From NCBI GenBank assembly GCA_030141605.1, contig JAQGDQ010000258.1, positions 1 through 64,000 on the forward strand: a stretch of DNA of 64,000 nucleotides, written 5' to 3'. Position numbers and translations under genes: made by a program. This document shows, piece after piece, positions 47,385 to 60,811 of the stretch; the stretch's first letter is position 1, and the number at the start of each line of letters is the position of its first letter. Under the pieces are notes generated by a model. It searched no databases, had not been told where the DNA came from, and saw only the letters and a list, made by a program, of their open reading frames with translations. The DNA comes from Tubiluchus corallicola. Its lineage: Eukaryota; Animalia; Priapulida.

Positions 47385-48340
47385 TACTAATTCAGTACGA
47401 ATATTGGGATCCCTCAGGAGGACCGCCTTAGTCAAGTAGTTTTCACGCTCTATCTAGCAGCGCTTAAGATTTAAACTTTTCCAAATGTAGATCATGATTA
47501 CAATACCACTCTCTGTGATAACCTTCCTCAACATATTCTGGACCACTCCTATTCTCCTTTGGAATCCTATGAATCATTCCTTATTGATCAACAATACCCA
47601 GACGATATAAGATGGATTAGTCTACCAAATTTTCAAACTAACACAATGAAAACAGATTTTAAAAAAAAACTAGAGAAAAGAAATCTTTAAGTAAGCCAGT
47701 CAAAAACAGTAGAATATAATTGCAAAACGTGGTAGTCAGTCTTGGAAAAAGTGCAAGTACATGGGCACTTTTCGAAGCACTGAAGATGATATTAAAAGTA
47801 GAATGCAACAAGCAATGCGTACTTTTCTTCAGCACAAGAAGGTATTAACTAGGAAGAAAGTAAGTCTTAACATAAGACGTCGGTTATTTAATGCTTATGT
47901 TAGCATCATATTTATGCACAAGAAAAGCAGATTGGTACATTTCGTAGAAGTCTTCTTAGAAAATTTTAAAGATAAGATGTCCATACATAATCAAAAATGA
48001 AGATTCGTACACCAGAACGAAAGAAATTTCTTGGAGTTCGAAGATTAAGATCCGAAGACTAAGATGGCTAGGACATTTTCTAAGATTACCACATGAAACA
48101 CCGGTAAGAATCGCCTTAAAGGAAGCCTTAAAACCTTGCAAAAAACCACCTAGAAAACTTGAAATAACATTTATAACTAAGATAAATAAAGATGTTCAGC
48201 AACTTCAATCAAATCTATTCTTAGGAGTAGAAGAATTTATGCGTTAGCTGGAGATAGAAGTGGATGGAATACTCTAATAATATTAATGTTGATATCTCAA
48301 CACATACAATAGGTGGAATGAAACTTTGAAAAGAAGAAGA
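47385..48340 (+). mobile_element. decayed LINE RT/3' fragment
   Basis: remnants of TNIGIPQ, DQQY.DD, RRLRWLGHFLRLPHETP; ends in (GAA)n-like sequence. Confidence 0.7.
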
Positions 48341-50726
48341 CGCAAATAATATTGTTAAAATTTAATATAACAAAACTTTTGATAAATTTCAGAATCTTTA
48401 TTTTATCAAGATTAGTGGCTTGCTAATAGTGAATCAGTTCCAAAAAGTTTAAGGTCGTTTCTGACGAGTCGACTAACAGGAGCTTGAAAATTAAGGCTAG
48501 AGACATTTTTCTGACATCCGGAATATGTTATGAGTTCCCTACCCTCGGAATAAAAAATCAATAGGACGAAAAACACCAACGGATGCTACATAAATGTCAC
48601 TTAATTGGTCATTTAAAATAAAATGTGCCTGTATGGTAAGCAGAACCTAATAGCTTAGACAGTAATTTGAATTGGACTAGTAATTACAAAAATATAAGCC
48701 TTTCAAAAAAGCTTTTTCGAGTTATTTAGCGTTATCGAGTTACTAAATTAAGTTAAGCAAAACTTAATATTGTTAACTCACCTTTGAACAATGAAAGTGC
48801 GAGGCTTCAACAGTTTGTTAGGAACACATGAATAAAAATAAAACAGTAGCATACATGGTAAAATACAGTAATGAAAAGCTAGTTGTCAGAGTCCAAAGTT
48901 CCCGTGGCATATTGATTTGCACTGTTTTATGCTTACTTAACGATTTTCAGTTGATAAGGTAGTCGAAGTGTGTAAGTCTGTCTAAAATGTACAGAGCCTG
49001 GGTGTAAAGATCTGGAAAGAGCATTTGAGCGAACACATCTGGATCTTGCGACAACTAAAATAAACGATGGTCACTGAGACAGTGTATAAAGCAGGGATGT
49101 GGCAAATGTACAGAGGCTCTTTGTTATTCAAGCAAGAAGCTGTAGAAACATTTCTGCCATATAAAAATCACACTATATTGGCACCTCTCACCCGTTATAA
49201 AGTTTCAGGTGCTTCCACACTATTACTCACCTGGGTAAGAATGGTTGCGTCCGTAAATGGCAGACTGTGCATTTGAATCAGATGCTATTGAACCCGATGC
49301 TAATTGCAGTGGACGGGCAGGTCAACGCAAACCATTAGGCTAGCATATTAGGGTATGATAAACGTTCCAGCTTACAAACAAAACGGTACTTAACATGATT
49401 GTTTCTATGTATATTAAAGGACAAAATCGAACTAAGATGATATAAAAGTCATAAAAGCTTATTAGTCACATGAAAGTAGCTTATTGAAGTACATTGTATG
49501 TAACACAGAAATATTGAGTCAATTGTGCGGAGTTATTTGAGTCAATTGCCGACAGTTGTTGTGTATATTCGAATAGAAGCGGCCCGTTCGAGGCGTTTTT
49601 GCTTTAGTGATTATGTGATTTAGTCTTTAGTGATTTAGTCAATTAAGTGATTGAGTTTATTAACCTTGAGTGTATTAAGCGGTGCCTACTGTGTATTACG
49701 TCGTACCTGCACGTTCAATTTTTCATACGTTTGTAGGTCCAATAGTTCACTCGCTTAATATCAGACGTGTTTGCAGAACAATTTGGTTGGATTTAATATT
49801 CATTCACAGAGTATCAATAATTGACAAAACAGTTTTCAAAGCACGTTTAATATATGAATTTTAGGTTGGATTACTCTTAAAATTTTAGATTATTTGATCA
49901 AAAGTTAGCCCTTTGGAGAACAATATGGTAATTGAAAGGTTCTGTGTTCAAATCTTGGTTGGCCAATAATTTTTCAACAGTTTTTTCGTCACACAGTAAT
50001 TTGCTAATTTAACTGGTGTAAGAACGGTGCTTTAAGTAAGGCGGACTTATGTCAAATTCACTGAATGACATGTGACTGTATGACTATGAATTTGAAATCT
50101 TCAGGCTTTTATATCGGTACTGCATCTACTGTAGTATTTTTTCAACATCTCTCTTTCCTCGAAATTATATCCTTGCGATTTCCTCATGACTCAGTTCTTT
50201 GTTTTGAACATTATAACTTACTCAACATTAATAAATACCGCAAACTTTGCAAAACAGTCACATGTGAGCATAAATTTAAACATTTTGGCAGTTTTATAAT
50301 CTTAACGTTCGCGCAAATTATAACTTATATGGCCAGTTGTAGTAGGCTGAATGTGTGACTAAGAAAGTATAATAAAGCATAAAAAACCAGGAACAAACAA
50401 CATATTAGATTTAGATTAGATTGTTGAGATTTATTTCTTGTTTAGAATTATTTCTCACAAAACGGCAATGTACTTTCAATGACACGTAACAATAATAACA
50501 AACTCAAAATGGTATACCAAAAAACCAATTGCTTATAAGGAAATGCTTCAATGTGTGCTGAAAGCCTGAAAGGAGACCTTGTAAGCACAACGTTTATAGA
50601 GAGAAAAGGTTAGACAAGACAAAGCAACGTACATTCAATGATACTAGCAAAAACAACAAAATGGCATGGCAAAAAATTAATTGTTTACAACCAAATGCGT
50701 CAATGTGTGCTGAAAGCTTGAAAGAA

Positions 50727-50912
50727 AAACTTGTAAGCACAACATTGATAGTGAGAAAGGGTTAAACTTGTAAGTACAACATTGATAGTGAGAAAGGGTT
50801 AAACTTGTAAGCACAACATTGATGGTGAGAAAGGGTTAAACTTGTAAGCACAACATTGATGGTGAGAAAGGGTTAAACTTGTAAGCACAACATTGATGGT
50901 GAGAAAGGGTTA
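50727..50912. repeat. 37-bp tandem repeat, ~5 copies
   Basis: aaacttgtaagcacaacattgatggtgagaaagggtt. Confidence 0.85.
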
Positions 50913-53345
50913 GGCAAGACTAAGCAGGGTTCAAGATTAGGGTGTGTATAGAGAAGAATGCGGTTAGAGGTGCTGGTTATTCAAGTGAGGTTAAGTAACG
51001 TAATTTGTACATTACATACGAGAAGTAATATTATCAAGCATTATAAATCATACCTATTGATAAAAATAATTATGATTTATTTTACAGTTGCAATCTAAAT
51101 AATTGGAAAAACCTGGATTAACGCAGGATAAACCACATTAACCAGCTACTTTCAAGTGAGATCTTTGACTGACACGAATGATTGAAAAATCATTCTTTAC
51201 AGAATGTGAAAAAATACGCCATATTAACGATTAAGCATCAAATTTTACAGAGACATACAGAGCTGGTGTAGGTATGGAAGCAGACTTGTTCCTCCTGTAG
51301 ACGTACGTACACCTAGACAAGAATGCCTACTTTTAATTTAGACACAAAATTTGTTAAATCAACCCATTCCGTACTTAAACGAACGCACGCATATGATATG
51401 CATCAACTAGAGCTGTTACTACCACTTGTGTCACATTTCCGCCCAGGTGCTGCCACCTACAGCAAATTAGATGAATCAATTCTTGAATCTCATTCGCCGC
51501 AACTAAATACATTTAGAGCTGTTTTACTCGTCGCCCATGGAAAATGATTAGTGAGAAAAGTGAGAAAGGGTATAAGCAAGACAACGCAGGGTTTAAATTA
51601 GGGTGTATATATAGAGAAGAATGGGATTAGAGGTGCTGGTTAGTCAAGAGAGGTTACGTAACGCAATATGAATACTATATGCAGGAGATACATATTATTA
51701 ATACACATATAATGCATGATACATTGTTATCAAATTATACTAATTGTATAAATAATGTTAAGAATGTCTGCTTTTAATTTAGACACAGAATTTGTTAAAT
51801 CAACCCACTCATTCCTTACTTAAATGAACGCACGCATATGCCATAAGTCAACTATCAGTAATCTACAGAGCTATTACTACAAGTCCTGTAGCATTTTCGG
51901 CCAAGTGGCGCCACCTACAGCAAAATAGATGAATCAATTCTTGAATCTCATTCACTGCAACTGAATACATTTAGAGCTGTTTTACTCGTAGCTTCTTGAC
52001 TGATAACATTTACAACAGAAAGCCAGGAAAACTGTCGAAGTTGTTGCTGTCCAATGATGATTCATTAACTTTGCCTGCACGAGATTAGTCTTGCTAGTGA
52101 ATATAACAGCACAAAATTTGTTTTCTGCATCCCATTAGACCAGCTCACACTGGCAGGACGTTGTCAAGGCCTGTTTACAGTTTTCAGATTTCATCAAAGA
52201 CCTAGTTCCATTTCTCAGGCATTATCACAGACCTGATCTCATTTCTCAGACGTCATCATTGACCTGTTCACGCTTCACAGACCTCATCATCAAGGACCTC
52301 CTTGCACTTGAATCATAAGACACCTGCCAAAATTTCTCAGACGACTGCAAAGACGTACTTACAGTTTTCAAACGTCATCAAAGACTGCTCATACTTCTCA
52401 AATTTTATCAAGCCTTAGCTGTCACGAAAGGTTTGCTTATATTTCTCAAGCATCACCACAGACCTACTACCGCTTCTCAGACATTGTGAGAAACCTTTTT
52501 CATTTTTCATTTTTGCATTTCTCAAACGTTGCACCTACTCTCACTTTCACATATATTAGATATTGACGTTTCAGAGATTTGTTTGCGCTATTTTTAGATT
52601 TGCTGTTTTTAATGTTTGGGGGAATATTGTTCCTTTGTAAGAGGGTTTTGAATTTAAGAAAATGCCTACCAAGATTCGTTCTACAATACGGTATAAGACA
52701 TTCACTAAAACGTGTGTTATATTATTGTGTTGATTAGACTGTACTAGATTATTAAAGGTAATTGGAAATAAAGCGAAATGCATTTTATACATATACATAG
52801 AAATATTAAAAAAGTAGATCTAAAATACTACAGGTTCGAAATAGTGATGTAGTTACAGTTGTGTATTTTGATAGACATAATGTGGATAACTTTTTTAAAT
52901 CTATTTAAGATAACAAAGTTCTTAGGATAAGTTTTGCCACATAACACACAACAACTAGTCAAGTAAGGCAAAATTAATATATTGTATGAAGATAATAAAT
53001 GAAATCTATATAGTTTATTTTTAATAAATGAAATTGTTCCAAGATTTAGTGGCAATCCCATTTCACTAGCTATACAGAAAGGCATTTTTTATTTAGCATG
53101 TGCATATTTAGTGTGCAAGTCGCAAGTAAAACTTTGCCCTTCTTCGCTCCAACTGCTGTTCACTTAAACAAGATTTTTGTTATTGCCTGGTTGAGGAAAA
53201 CCGAAACATGCTTGACGTAGAAAATTAGTTTTAATTTTAGGCAGTGAGGCAGTGGTTCTGGTAACGGATATTTGTGTACTAAAGTGAATCGCTTCATAAG
53301 CGGATCTGTCAACGACTGCATCTCGTAACACGGATCCGTGTTCAC

Positions 53346-53682
53346 TAGGGGTGAGCATCCAGAAAGCGAATTCGAACCGAATTTCACTATAGTATTATCA
53401 AATCGAATTGAGTTTGAAAGAGTTTGGAACCACTAGTAAAAAGTCGTCTTACAAAGATCTAGCACAGGACTTGATCTTGTTTTGCAGCAAAACCACTATT
53501 AGTTTATTAAAAATTTTGCACAGAAACTGCAGCTGCATTGTGCTAACTGCATGTTATTTCCAACATTTTAATGATAAAAAACATGTGGCTGAAGTGCTGA
53601 ATTATTCAAATTTATACTTTTATGTTCGAATCGAATTCGAACTAAAAAACTTGTTGGAATCAGTGTTCGATGCTCACCCCTA
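53346..53682. mobile_element. hAT-type MITE
   Basis: TIR taggggtgagcatc / gatgctcaccccta; perfect 8-bp TSD gtgttcac (53338-53345, 53683-53690). Confidence 0.9.
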
Positions 53683-56159
53683 GTGTTCACTGCTCACAAA
53701 GAAACTCGCTTCAGGAACTGATGTATAAACAATAAATGGTTTGATGATAGTATCATACAGTACAAATATAATAGTGACTAATGGACATTACGATGAGTCG
53801 TTGACTCCTTTCTGAGTTGTTATTAATTATTGATTTGATATTAATTAAATTAGCTCAGGCAGCTAGTGAGTATGTTTTCGATTGAGGGCAAATTTGAATG
53901 TGATAATAAGCAACAAGCTATTATATGTTTTTCAATTTAAGTATAAGTTAGTGTCTGTTAAAATTTTTTTGAATAGTGATATTTTCAATAAAGTTATACC
54001 ACCCTTAGCCTACTGTAAGTTGTAAATTTATCTTAAACGTATATTCATGCTGATAACGTTGAATCTGATATAATTTTTCCATTCGTTTTGTTTTTGTTTT
54101 TTATTTTTTTATTTTTGGGGTTTTCTAATTGCATCTTGCATTACAAATCTTAATCACAAGATTCCCATCATCATCATCATTTAAGTTTTATAAAGTGTGA
54201 TTCGAACACGCAATTATTAAATTATTCAAAAAAGAAACTGGGCCAAACGGGAAAAAAACGTGAAAAAGTCGGGGCTGATCTGGATTGAACCTTTTGAATT
54301 ATAAGTCAAGTGTCAAGAGAATAATTATTTATTTGAAAGCAAAATCAAAATGAAAGAAACCGAAGTGCAGAAAAGTCAAGTTTCAACCGGGATTCGAAAA
54401 GGGGACTATTGATTTACAAATCTAACATCATGTCTACTAGACTAGGCAGCTGTCGAAATAGATCTTAACTCTGGCTGAAAAGTGAAATACTTGACTGTTT
54501 AGGTGGAATTAAGGCATGCCTCGATCACAGGGGGCTGTGTTGTGTCATTGATTTTGACATATGATTCTTGGTTGAAATCTAGGCTCTGTCTCTATCTTTT
54601 TGGACTTCATTTAATCAGTGAAACAACTTGTAGCTTAGTATATTAACTTTTTAGTGCTGAGCAGTGAATAGCTATGCGAAAATTCCTGAACTCTTCTGCA
54701 TCTTTGTCAATATGTTTTCATGCATTCATTATGCCGACAATAAAAATACTTCTGCTTCCATCTAATCGCCCGATAATATTTTTTATCATGCGGTCGGTCG
54801 GGAGTTTTACCATTTTCTTTGTACGTTCATATACTGACTTGACGCATTCATATAAAAATGCATTTTTTAAATTTAAAACGTAAGACGCAATAATTATCAT
54901 ACCATCGTTGTTTCGGGAAATGCAGGACGTGGCCATGTTTTTCCATGGCTAACTCTCGGCCTGGGTTGCCGTTTTGTATGACGATTATTGTATTGGTGGC
55001 CAAATTTTCTGCCGAATTGGTGTATTAACGGTCGAGTAGTGTTGCCACTTCTATCGCAATTGTCAGAACATACACGTTCGTAATGCAAAAAAGCTATACA
55101 ATAATCGATAATTATATGATAATTTATTAATGCAAAACTAACAAATTAAGTGTGAAAAAATCTGCATCGAAAAATTTAAAACTTTGCTGCTAACCAGTGA
55201 GAAATAAACAAACTTTGAGTTCAACTGATTTAAGTTGGTCCACGATTCAGCTTTAGGCATTCACAAAACTTTATCATTCACATCCTCCCTTCCTACTGAC
55301 ATTTTTTGAGCTTATGAGGTAAGTAAAAATTTTTTTGTGGCTAGCCTTAATTGCTTCCATTCTTTTGTTGTTGTTGGTATTGCCACCATTGTAGTTCTCA
55401 AGTAAACTTTAAACAGCCTGAGCAGAGCAGATTATCTCGCTGTATAATAGGCTAAGATTTCTAAGGTCTTTTTGAACCATGGTATCAAATTAACTGACAA
55501 TTAACAACACCATTAATTAGATTAAGACTGTGAATGCGGAATGTTCATAAACCTCTGCCGTTTATTTGATAACAATTATTACCCTTTTGTGAGATCAGAA
55601 AGAAAGAAAACAGACGCTGAAAAATTCTGGACTAGTGAGGACTTGAACCGGAGACCAGGTATTATCACTCCCATGAACTGCCAGTGGAGTTGCAGAGCAG
55701 GCCCATGATTTCCTCTTTGTAGCACACAATCCAACAGCGCCACCTGTACCCATGATAGTAGGAGATACTTATGGCATCGATTCTTTTCAAATTAGCTGAC
55801 AATTAACGATGTCATTAATTAATTAGATTATGATTGTGATTGCTTATGTCACTATGTTAGAAGTTTAGCTTCAGTTTGTGACTTTCTATCGTATTTTCTA
55901 CGTATTTCTATCGTATTTACCTGGATATCAAGAATTAATAAACAACTGGATATCAAGAACAGCTGGAACCAAACCTAATAATAGAATCACAGGAACTGAG
56001 AATTTTAGCTGCAGACAGGAAACAGTGGAGTGCTCTAATAAAGGATAGAGGCTCAGTGTAGACGTTGAGAGCAACAGAAGAAGTATTGTATGTATTTAAA
56101 CTTTTTAATACATGTTTGCAAAATTTTCTTTCTTTTTAGAATTCGTGGATATCGTCACC

Positions 56160-58334
56160 ATGTCCACTATAAAAGTTGAGACTAGTTTAGCAGTATTCGC
56201 AAGCACAAATGACAAACAGCAAAAGCAAAAAGACGGCACTAATGATGCTACAGTTGTTGTTAAAAATGAACCAGATCAAGTGGTACATACAGCGTGTAAA
56301 AACAATTCTGATACAACATACTCTGATTTCAATATGGCAGCTAGGCTTGTACACGTCAATGGACTTACGCCTGATTTATCACCCAAAGATGCACTAGAAC
56401 TTTACAGATGTGGCATCTGTAGTGCTGCTTTCACACGTCTGAGTCACTTGAGGAACCACTTACTGAGTAACTGCCATTCTAGCAAAGTAACCGATTGTGA
56501 CTTAGCGACTGAAAGGCGTAACTCGATCGTAAGGACGTACGGGAGAACAGCCAAAGCGGAACGTCGGTTCAACTGCTGTGCTTGTGCAGCAACTTTCAAT
56601 GATTCGGTCAGTTTGAAGTGTCATCTGATGACCCACGCCGAAGAGAGGGAAAAATGTTCTACTATCACTTCCGCTGATGATGGTGATACACAAAGTAGCA
56701 GCATTCCTGGTGATGGTAACGAGAATTTGTCCAAAGATGACATTGTAAACTTGAACTGTTCCAAGAATGAAGTGGACGCGCCAGTTGTTGACGAAGAACG
56801 ACCGAAGGTGAATATTAAATCTTTCGTGTCACCAGCCGTTCCAGGAATTGTTGATGAAAGTATTGAACATCATGGGCAATACAATGATGCCCAGACACTT
56901 ACATCGTTAGTCAATGCAAAGTTTTGCTTCCTTTCTGATAACTCAGTCTTGGCTCCACTTTCAAATAGCTCTTCAAAAATCACACGTACTGTAAAGTTGT
57001 ATCCGTGTAGTGAGTGCCATTTAGTGTATAAAACTGCTCATACTTTAAGAAGACATGCAGAAATACACAGAGATACGAAGCCTTACAAATGTAGCAAATG
57101 CGATGAGCGTTTTGTTTGGTCAAGCGCCTTGAAATCACACAGAAGAAGTCACAATACCGAAAAACGTTTTTTATGTAGTCACTGCGGTGCGAGCTTTAGA
57201 CAGTTATCTCAGTTAAACGCACATGTGAGGACACATACTGGTGAGAGACCTTACAAATGTGGGCTGTGTGGTGCTACCTTTGGTCAATCAGCTGTTTTGA
57301 ATAAGCACAAAAAAAACCACAATCATGTGAGGCCATTCAAATGTAACCAGTGCTGGAAGTCCTTCAGAGATGCATACTATCTGAAACGCCACATGAGAAG
57401 TCACTCTACAGAGAAACCATATAAGTGCATTCATTGTGCTGCAAGGTTTAAAGACCCATCTACGTTGAAAGCTCACAGAAGACGTCACACTGGGGAAAAA
57501 CCTTATAAGTGCACTGAATGTGAAGCAGAGTTTAGTCAGGCAAGTGGACTGAGAATGCATTTCAGATTGCATTCTGATGAGAAGCCATTTCAGTGTGATA
57601 AATGTAATTTATCTTTTAGACGTTCATCACACTTAAAATATCATGTCAGGACTCACACAGGAGACCGGCCATTTAAGTGCGACTATTGCCCAGCAACTTT
57701 TAAACAACATTCTGGTCTTAACACACACAGGAGAATTCATACTGGAGAGAAACCTTATTCTTGCAGGGAATGCAATGCTGCATTTCGTCAACAATCATCC
57801 TTAATTAGACATGTTGCCACTCACAAAAACGAAAAACCTTTTAAATGTTTGGAATGTGGTGCAGCATTCAGAACCAAGTATCATATAAAGCGTCATATGA
57901 CGTCTCACTCCGATCTTCGACCATATGAATGTTCTGAATGTAAAGCCACATTTAGGCATTCATCTGGCTTAAATACACACACGAGGATTCACTCTGGTAA
58001 AAGACCTTACAAATGTGATAAGTGTGACGCTTCATTTTGTCAAATAACTTCGCTGAATAGACATAGAACAATCCACACCGGAGACAGACCATGGAACTGT
58101 GCTGATTGTGGTGTAAGGTTTCGGACTAAATATCATTTACAGCGCCACACGTTGATTCACACAGGCGATAGGCCATTCAAGTGTGACTACTGTCTTGCTG
58201 CTTTCAACCAGGCATCTAGTTTAAGCATTCATCGGAGAATACATACCGACGAACGGCCATTTAAGTGTGATAAATGTGATGAGACATTTAGGACTAAATA
58301 TCAAGTTCAGCGTCACATGGCTGCTCACTCTTAG
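56160..58334 (+). CDS. C2H2 (Kruppel-type) zinc-finger protein, 2 isolated + 16 tandem fingers
   Basis: TGEKPY/TGDRPF linkers; acceptor tttctttttag at ~56139 then accATG at 56160; AATAAA at ~58445. Confidence 0.92.
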   Translation: MSTIKVETSLAVFASTNDKQQKQKDGTNDATVVVKNEPDQVVHTACKNNSDTTYSDFNMAARLVHVNGLTPDLSPKDALELYRCGICSAAFTRLSHLRNHLLSNCHSSKVTDCDLATERRNSIVRTYGRTAKAERRFNCCACAATFNDSVSLKCHLMTHAEEREKCSTITSADDGDTQSSSIPGDGNENLSKDDIVNLNCSKNEVDAPVVDEERPKVNIKSFVSPAVPGIVDESIEHHGQYNDAQTLTSLVNAKFCFLSDNSVLAPLSNSSSKITRTVKLYPCSECHLVYKTAHTLRRHAEIHRDTKPYKCSKCDERFVWSSALKSHRRSHNTEKRFLCSHCGASFRQLSQLNAHVRTHTGERPYKCGLCGATFGQSAVLNKHKKNHNHVRPFKCNQCWKSFRDAYYLKRHMRSHSTEKPYKCIHCAARFKDPSTLKAHRRRHTGEKPYKCTECEAEFSQASGLRMHFRLHSDEKPFQCDKCNLSFRRSSHLKYHVRTHTGDRPFKCDYCPATFKQHSGLNTHRRIHTGEKPYSCRECNAAFRQQSSLIRHVATHKNEKPFKCLECGAAFRTKYHIKRHMTSHSDLRPYECSECKATFRHSSGLNTHTRIHSGKRPYKCDKCDASFCQITSLNRHRTIHTGDRPWNCADCGVRFRTKYHLQRHTLIHTGDRPFKCDYCLAAFNQASSLSIHRRIHTDERPFKCDKCDETFRTKYQVQRHMAAHS

Positions 58335-58474
58335 ATGAGTAGAAATTTATTTGACTAACAATCAAAAATTATGTTATTTATGCAAATGTGGACATAAACT
58401 TTTGCACGTCAATCTTTATTAAATTCACAGCCCCCAACAACTGGAATAAAATAAATGCCCAAGTAAAAATACAC

Positions 58475-58967
58475 TTCTTCTTCTTCTTCCCAGCTTTTCC
58501 CTATTCGGGGTCGCCGTTGTGAATGAGTCTTCTCCACGCATTCCTGTTTTTGACCATCTCTTCAATTATGTCTTCAATTCCCACATGATCTTCACCGACT
58601 CTTCTTTTCAGGTGTCCATACCATTGCAATCTTGCGAGGCTTCCACTACTTTTACTGTTCCTCTGATATTATTACTTCTAATTTTATCTCTTCTTGTTAT
58701 TCCCACCATTCATCTCAACATCCTCATCTCCACCCACACCCATTTTCTTCTCTTCGGTCTTCTTTAGAGAAGCTTCATAGATTAGAGCGAGTCTGACCCC
58801 TTCTTTATGAACTTTCCCTTTAAGTCTCAGTGACTCGTTCATAGAAGGTTTTGGCGCAGTTTTTACAGGCGGATGCCCTTCCTGACCCTAACCCTCCCTA
58901 TTTATCCGGGCTTGGGACCGGCACTGACTTGGGCTGGCTTGCCGCCCCCCCCCCCCAGTGGCTAGGT
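58475..58967 (-). mobile_element. non-autonomous bipartite retroelement (RTE-type 5' piece + 3' end with (GAA)n tail)
   Basis: 19-bp TSD tgcccaagtaaaaatacac (58456-58474, 58968-58986); ttcttc tail; cagtgccggtcccaagcccggataaa...caggaagggcatccgcctgtaaaa. Confidence 0.85.
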
Positions 58968-59159
58968 TGCCCAAGTAAAAATACACAAAACTATTTATAG
59001 TTTCAAAAAGTACTTGAAAAGGACCATTTTTGATTCATACTTGTAATACAATTTTAATGATTCCATGTCTTATACAGTCGCAATATATGGCCTCCAATTG
59101 ATTATAATGCTGGTTTAACATAGCTCTATGTAAATTAAACATACACTGTGGTCGTTTCT

Positions 59160-59432
59160 TCTCCTCTTTTCCTTCTTCCTATCCCTAATCTTACTATTTT
59201 TTCCATTCCATCATGTCTACTAACCCTAACCATTCTTTCATTAACTCATCATCTCCTCTTTTCCTTCTTCCTATCCCTAATCTTACTATTTTTTTCCATT
59301 CCATCATGTCTACTAACCCTAGCCATTCTTTCACTCACTCATCCTCCCCTCTCTTCCTTCTTCCCATCCCTAATCTTACTATTTTTTCCATTCCATCATG
59401 CCCACTAACCCTAACCATTCTTTCATTCACTC
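59160..59432. repeat. ~95-bp pyrimidine-rich tandem repeat x3
   Basis: ccctaatcttactattttttccattccatcatg repeated. Confidence 0.85.
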
Positions 59433-60811
59433 ATTTGTGCCACCTTAACAAGCCAAGCTTTCAAGGTGTCATACAGCAACTCTTTTATTTGGTTAATTTG
59501 ACTCCATCAACGTTTTTTTACCTATACTGTTTCTTTTTGTTTCAATAATATGGTATGTTGATGTATTGTATATGTATTGCTGGAGTGAAATAAATTGATT
59601 GATTGATTTGTAAAAAAATTATCTAAATTTTCACGTATTAGCAAGCCACAGCTTAGCTGCAAAAATAGGTTGCCATTGTGTTTGTGAGACACAGCCGCTA
59701 TTTTCATTGTCCTGCTGTAGCTTCTACTATCACACTGTTGCAATGGGTATTGCTAAAGTTGTCATTACTATGGTGACTGAGTAATTTTATGTCTGCCATC
59801 TAGGGGCGAGTTAAAAAAACGATGCAACTGTATGGACTTCAAAGTTCCATGATAAAAAAGGTATTCTGCATTCAAAACCCAGAAGGAACTACATTAATTA
59901 ATAGAGAAAGTTAAATTGTCATCCAAGAATCTGTCAGTCACATTTATATGTGCATAATAAGCCTTGTGCACACGTGCAGTAGCTGTAGGTCAAGGTTAAG
60001 TGTACTTAACTACAACCGTCATGCGACATGTGGATAAAGCAAAGCCGTTGGCTGCATCAATTCAGTAACGTCAGTTGTTTTAGATGGACTTTACTTAATT
60101 ATTAATTAGCAGAGTGATTTGCTAGCAGGATTTTGCTTGAGAACAAAAAATGAACAAAGTAAAGCTCATGTAAAACTACACGTTTATTAAACATCAAACA
60201 CAATAAGTATAACAGATAGTAATGCCAAGCCCCTGATCTTGCCTGCTCTCCTTCAGCTCCCAGACTCAATCCCCTGAGCCCCAGATCCAGCCTGCTTTCC
60301 ATCAGCTCCCAGACTCAATCCCCTGAGCCCCTGATCTTGCCTGCTCTCCTTCAGCTCCCAGACTCAATCCCTTGAGCTGGGCGCATCACAAGGCTTACAT
60401 CGTGCGCCGAGCTTCGACACATCGATTCTGAATCACTTGCTCACGTGACACCACTCCTTAACTGGCTTCATACCAGCATTCATCAGCATAATTATCTATC
60501 ATAATCTAACGCTTTTAACATAGTTCAACAGGTCCTCTTTACTCAATCCCTAAACATGTGGTTTCCATTCAGCAAACGACTTCACTAGGCCTATCAGGTC
60601 TACAGGCCTACACTGCAAAGGCCTAAGTTTCATGTCACCGTTATTTAACTTTACCCTTGTGCTACTCAAGACCAGAATGTCGTAGTGGCGCTAGTGGTGA
60701 GACTCCAAAATCAATTGTCTATCTAACATTGTGTGCTGGAGAAAAGATAGCTGGCGAAATGATAGAATGGCGAAAAGATAGACTGGCGAAAAGATAGACT
60801 GGCGAAATTAT

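Noticed and set aside
48770-49240. Candidate 5'UTR exon donors (actcac at ~48776 and ~49225) for the cadherin
   Set aside because: Non-coding exons cannot be supported without transcript data.
54380-54450. tRNA-like sequence (also ~30345, ~31555, ~55640)
   Set aside because: Only partial A/B boxes and no complete cloverleaf; most likely decayed SINE heads.
56112-56159. ORF-track start of the zinc-finger protein at 56112
   Set aside because: It overlaps a polypyrimidine/AG acceptor at ~56139; ATG 56160 with acc context is more plausible.
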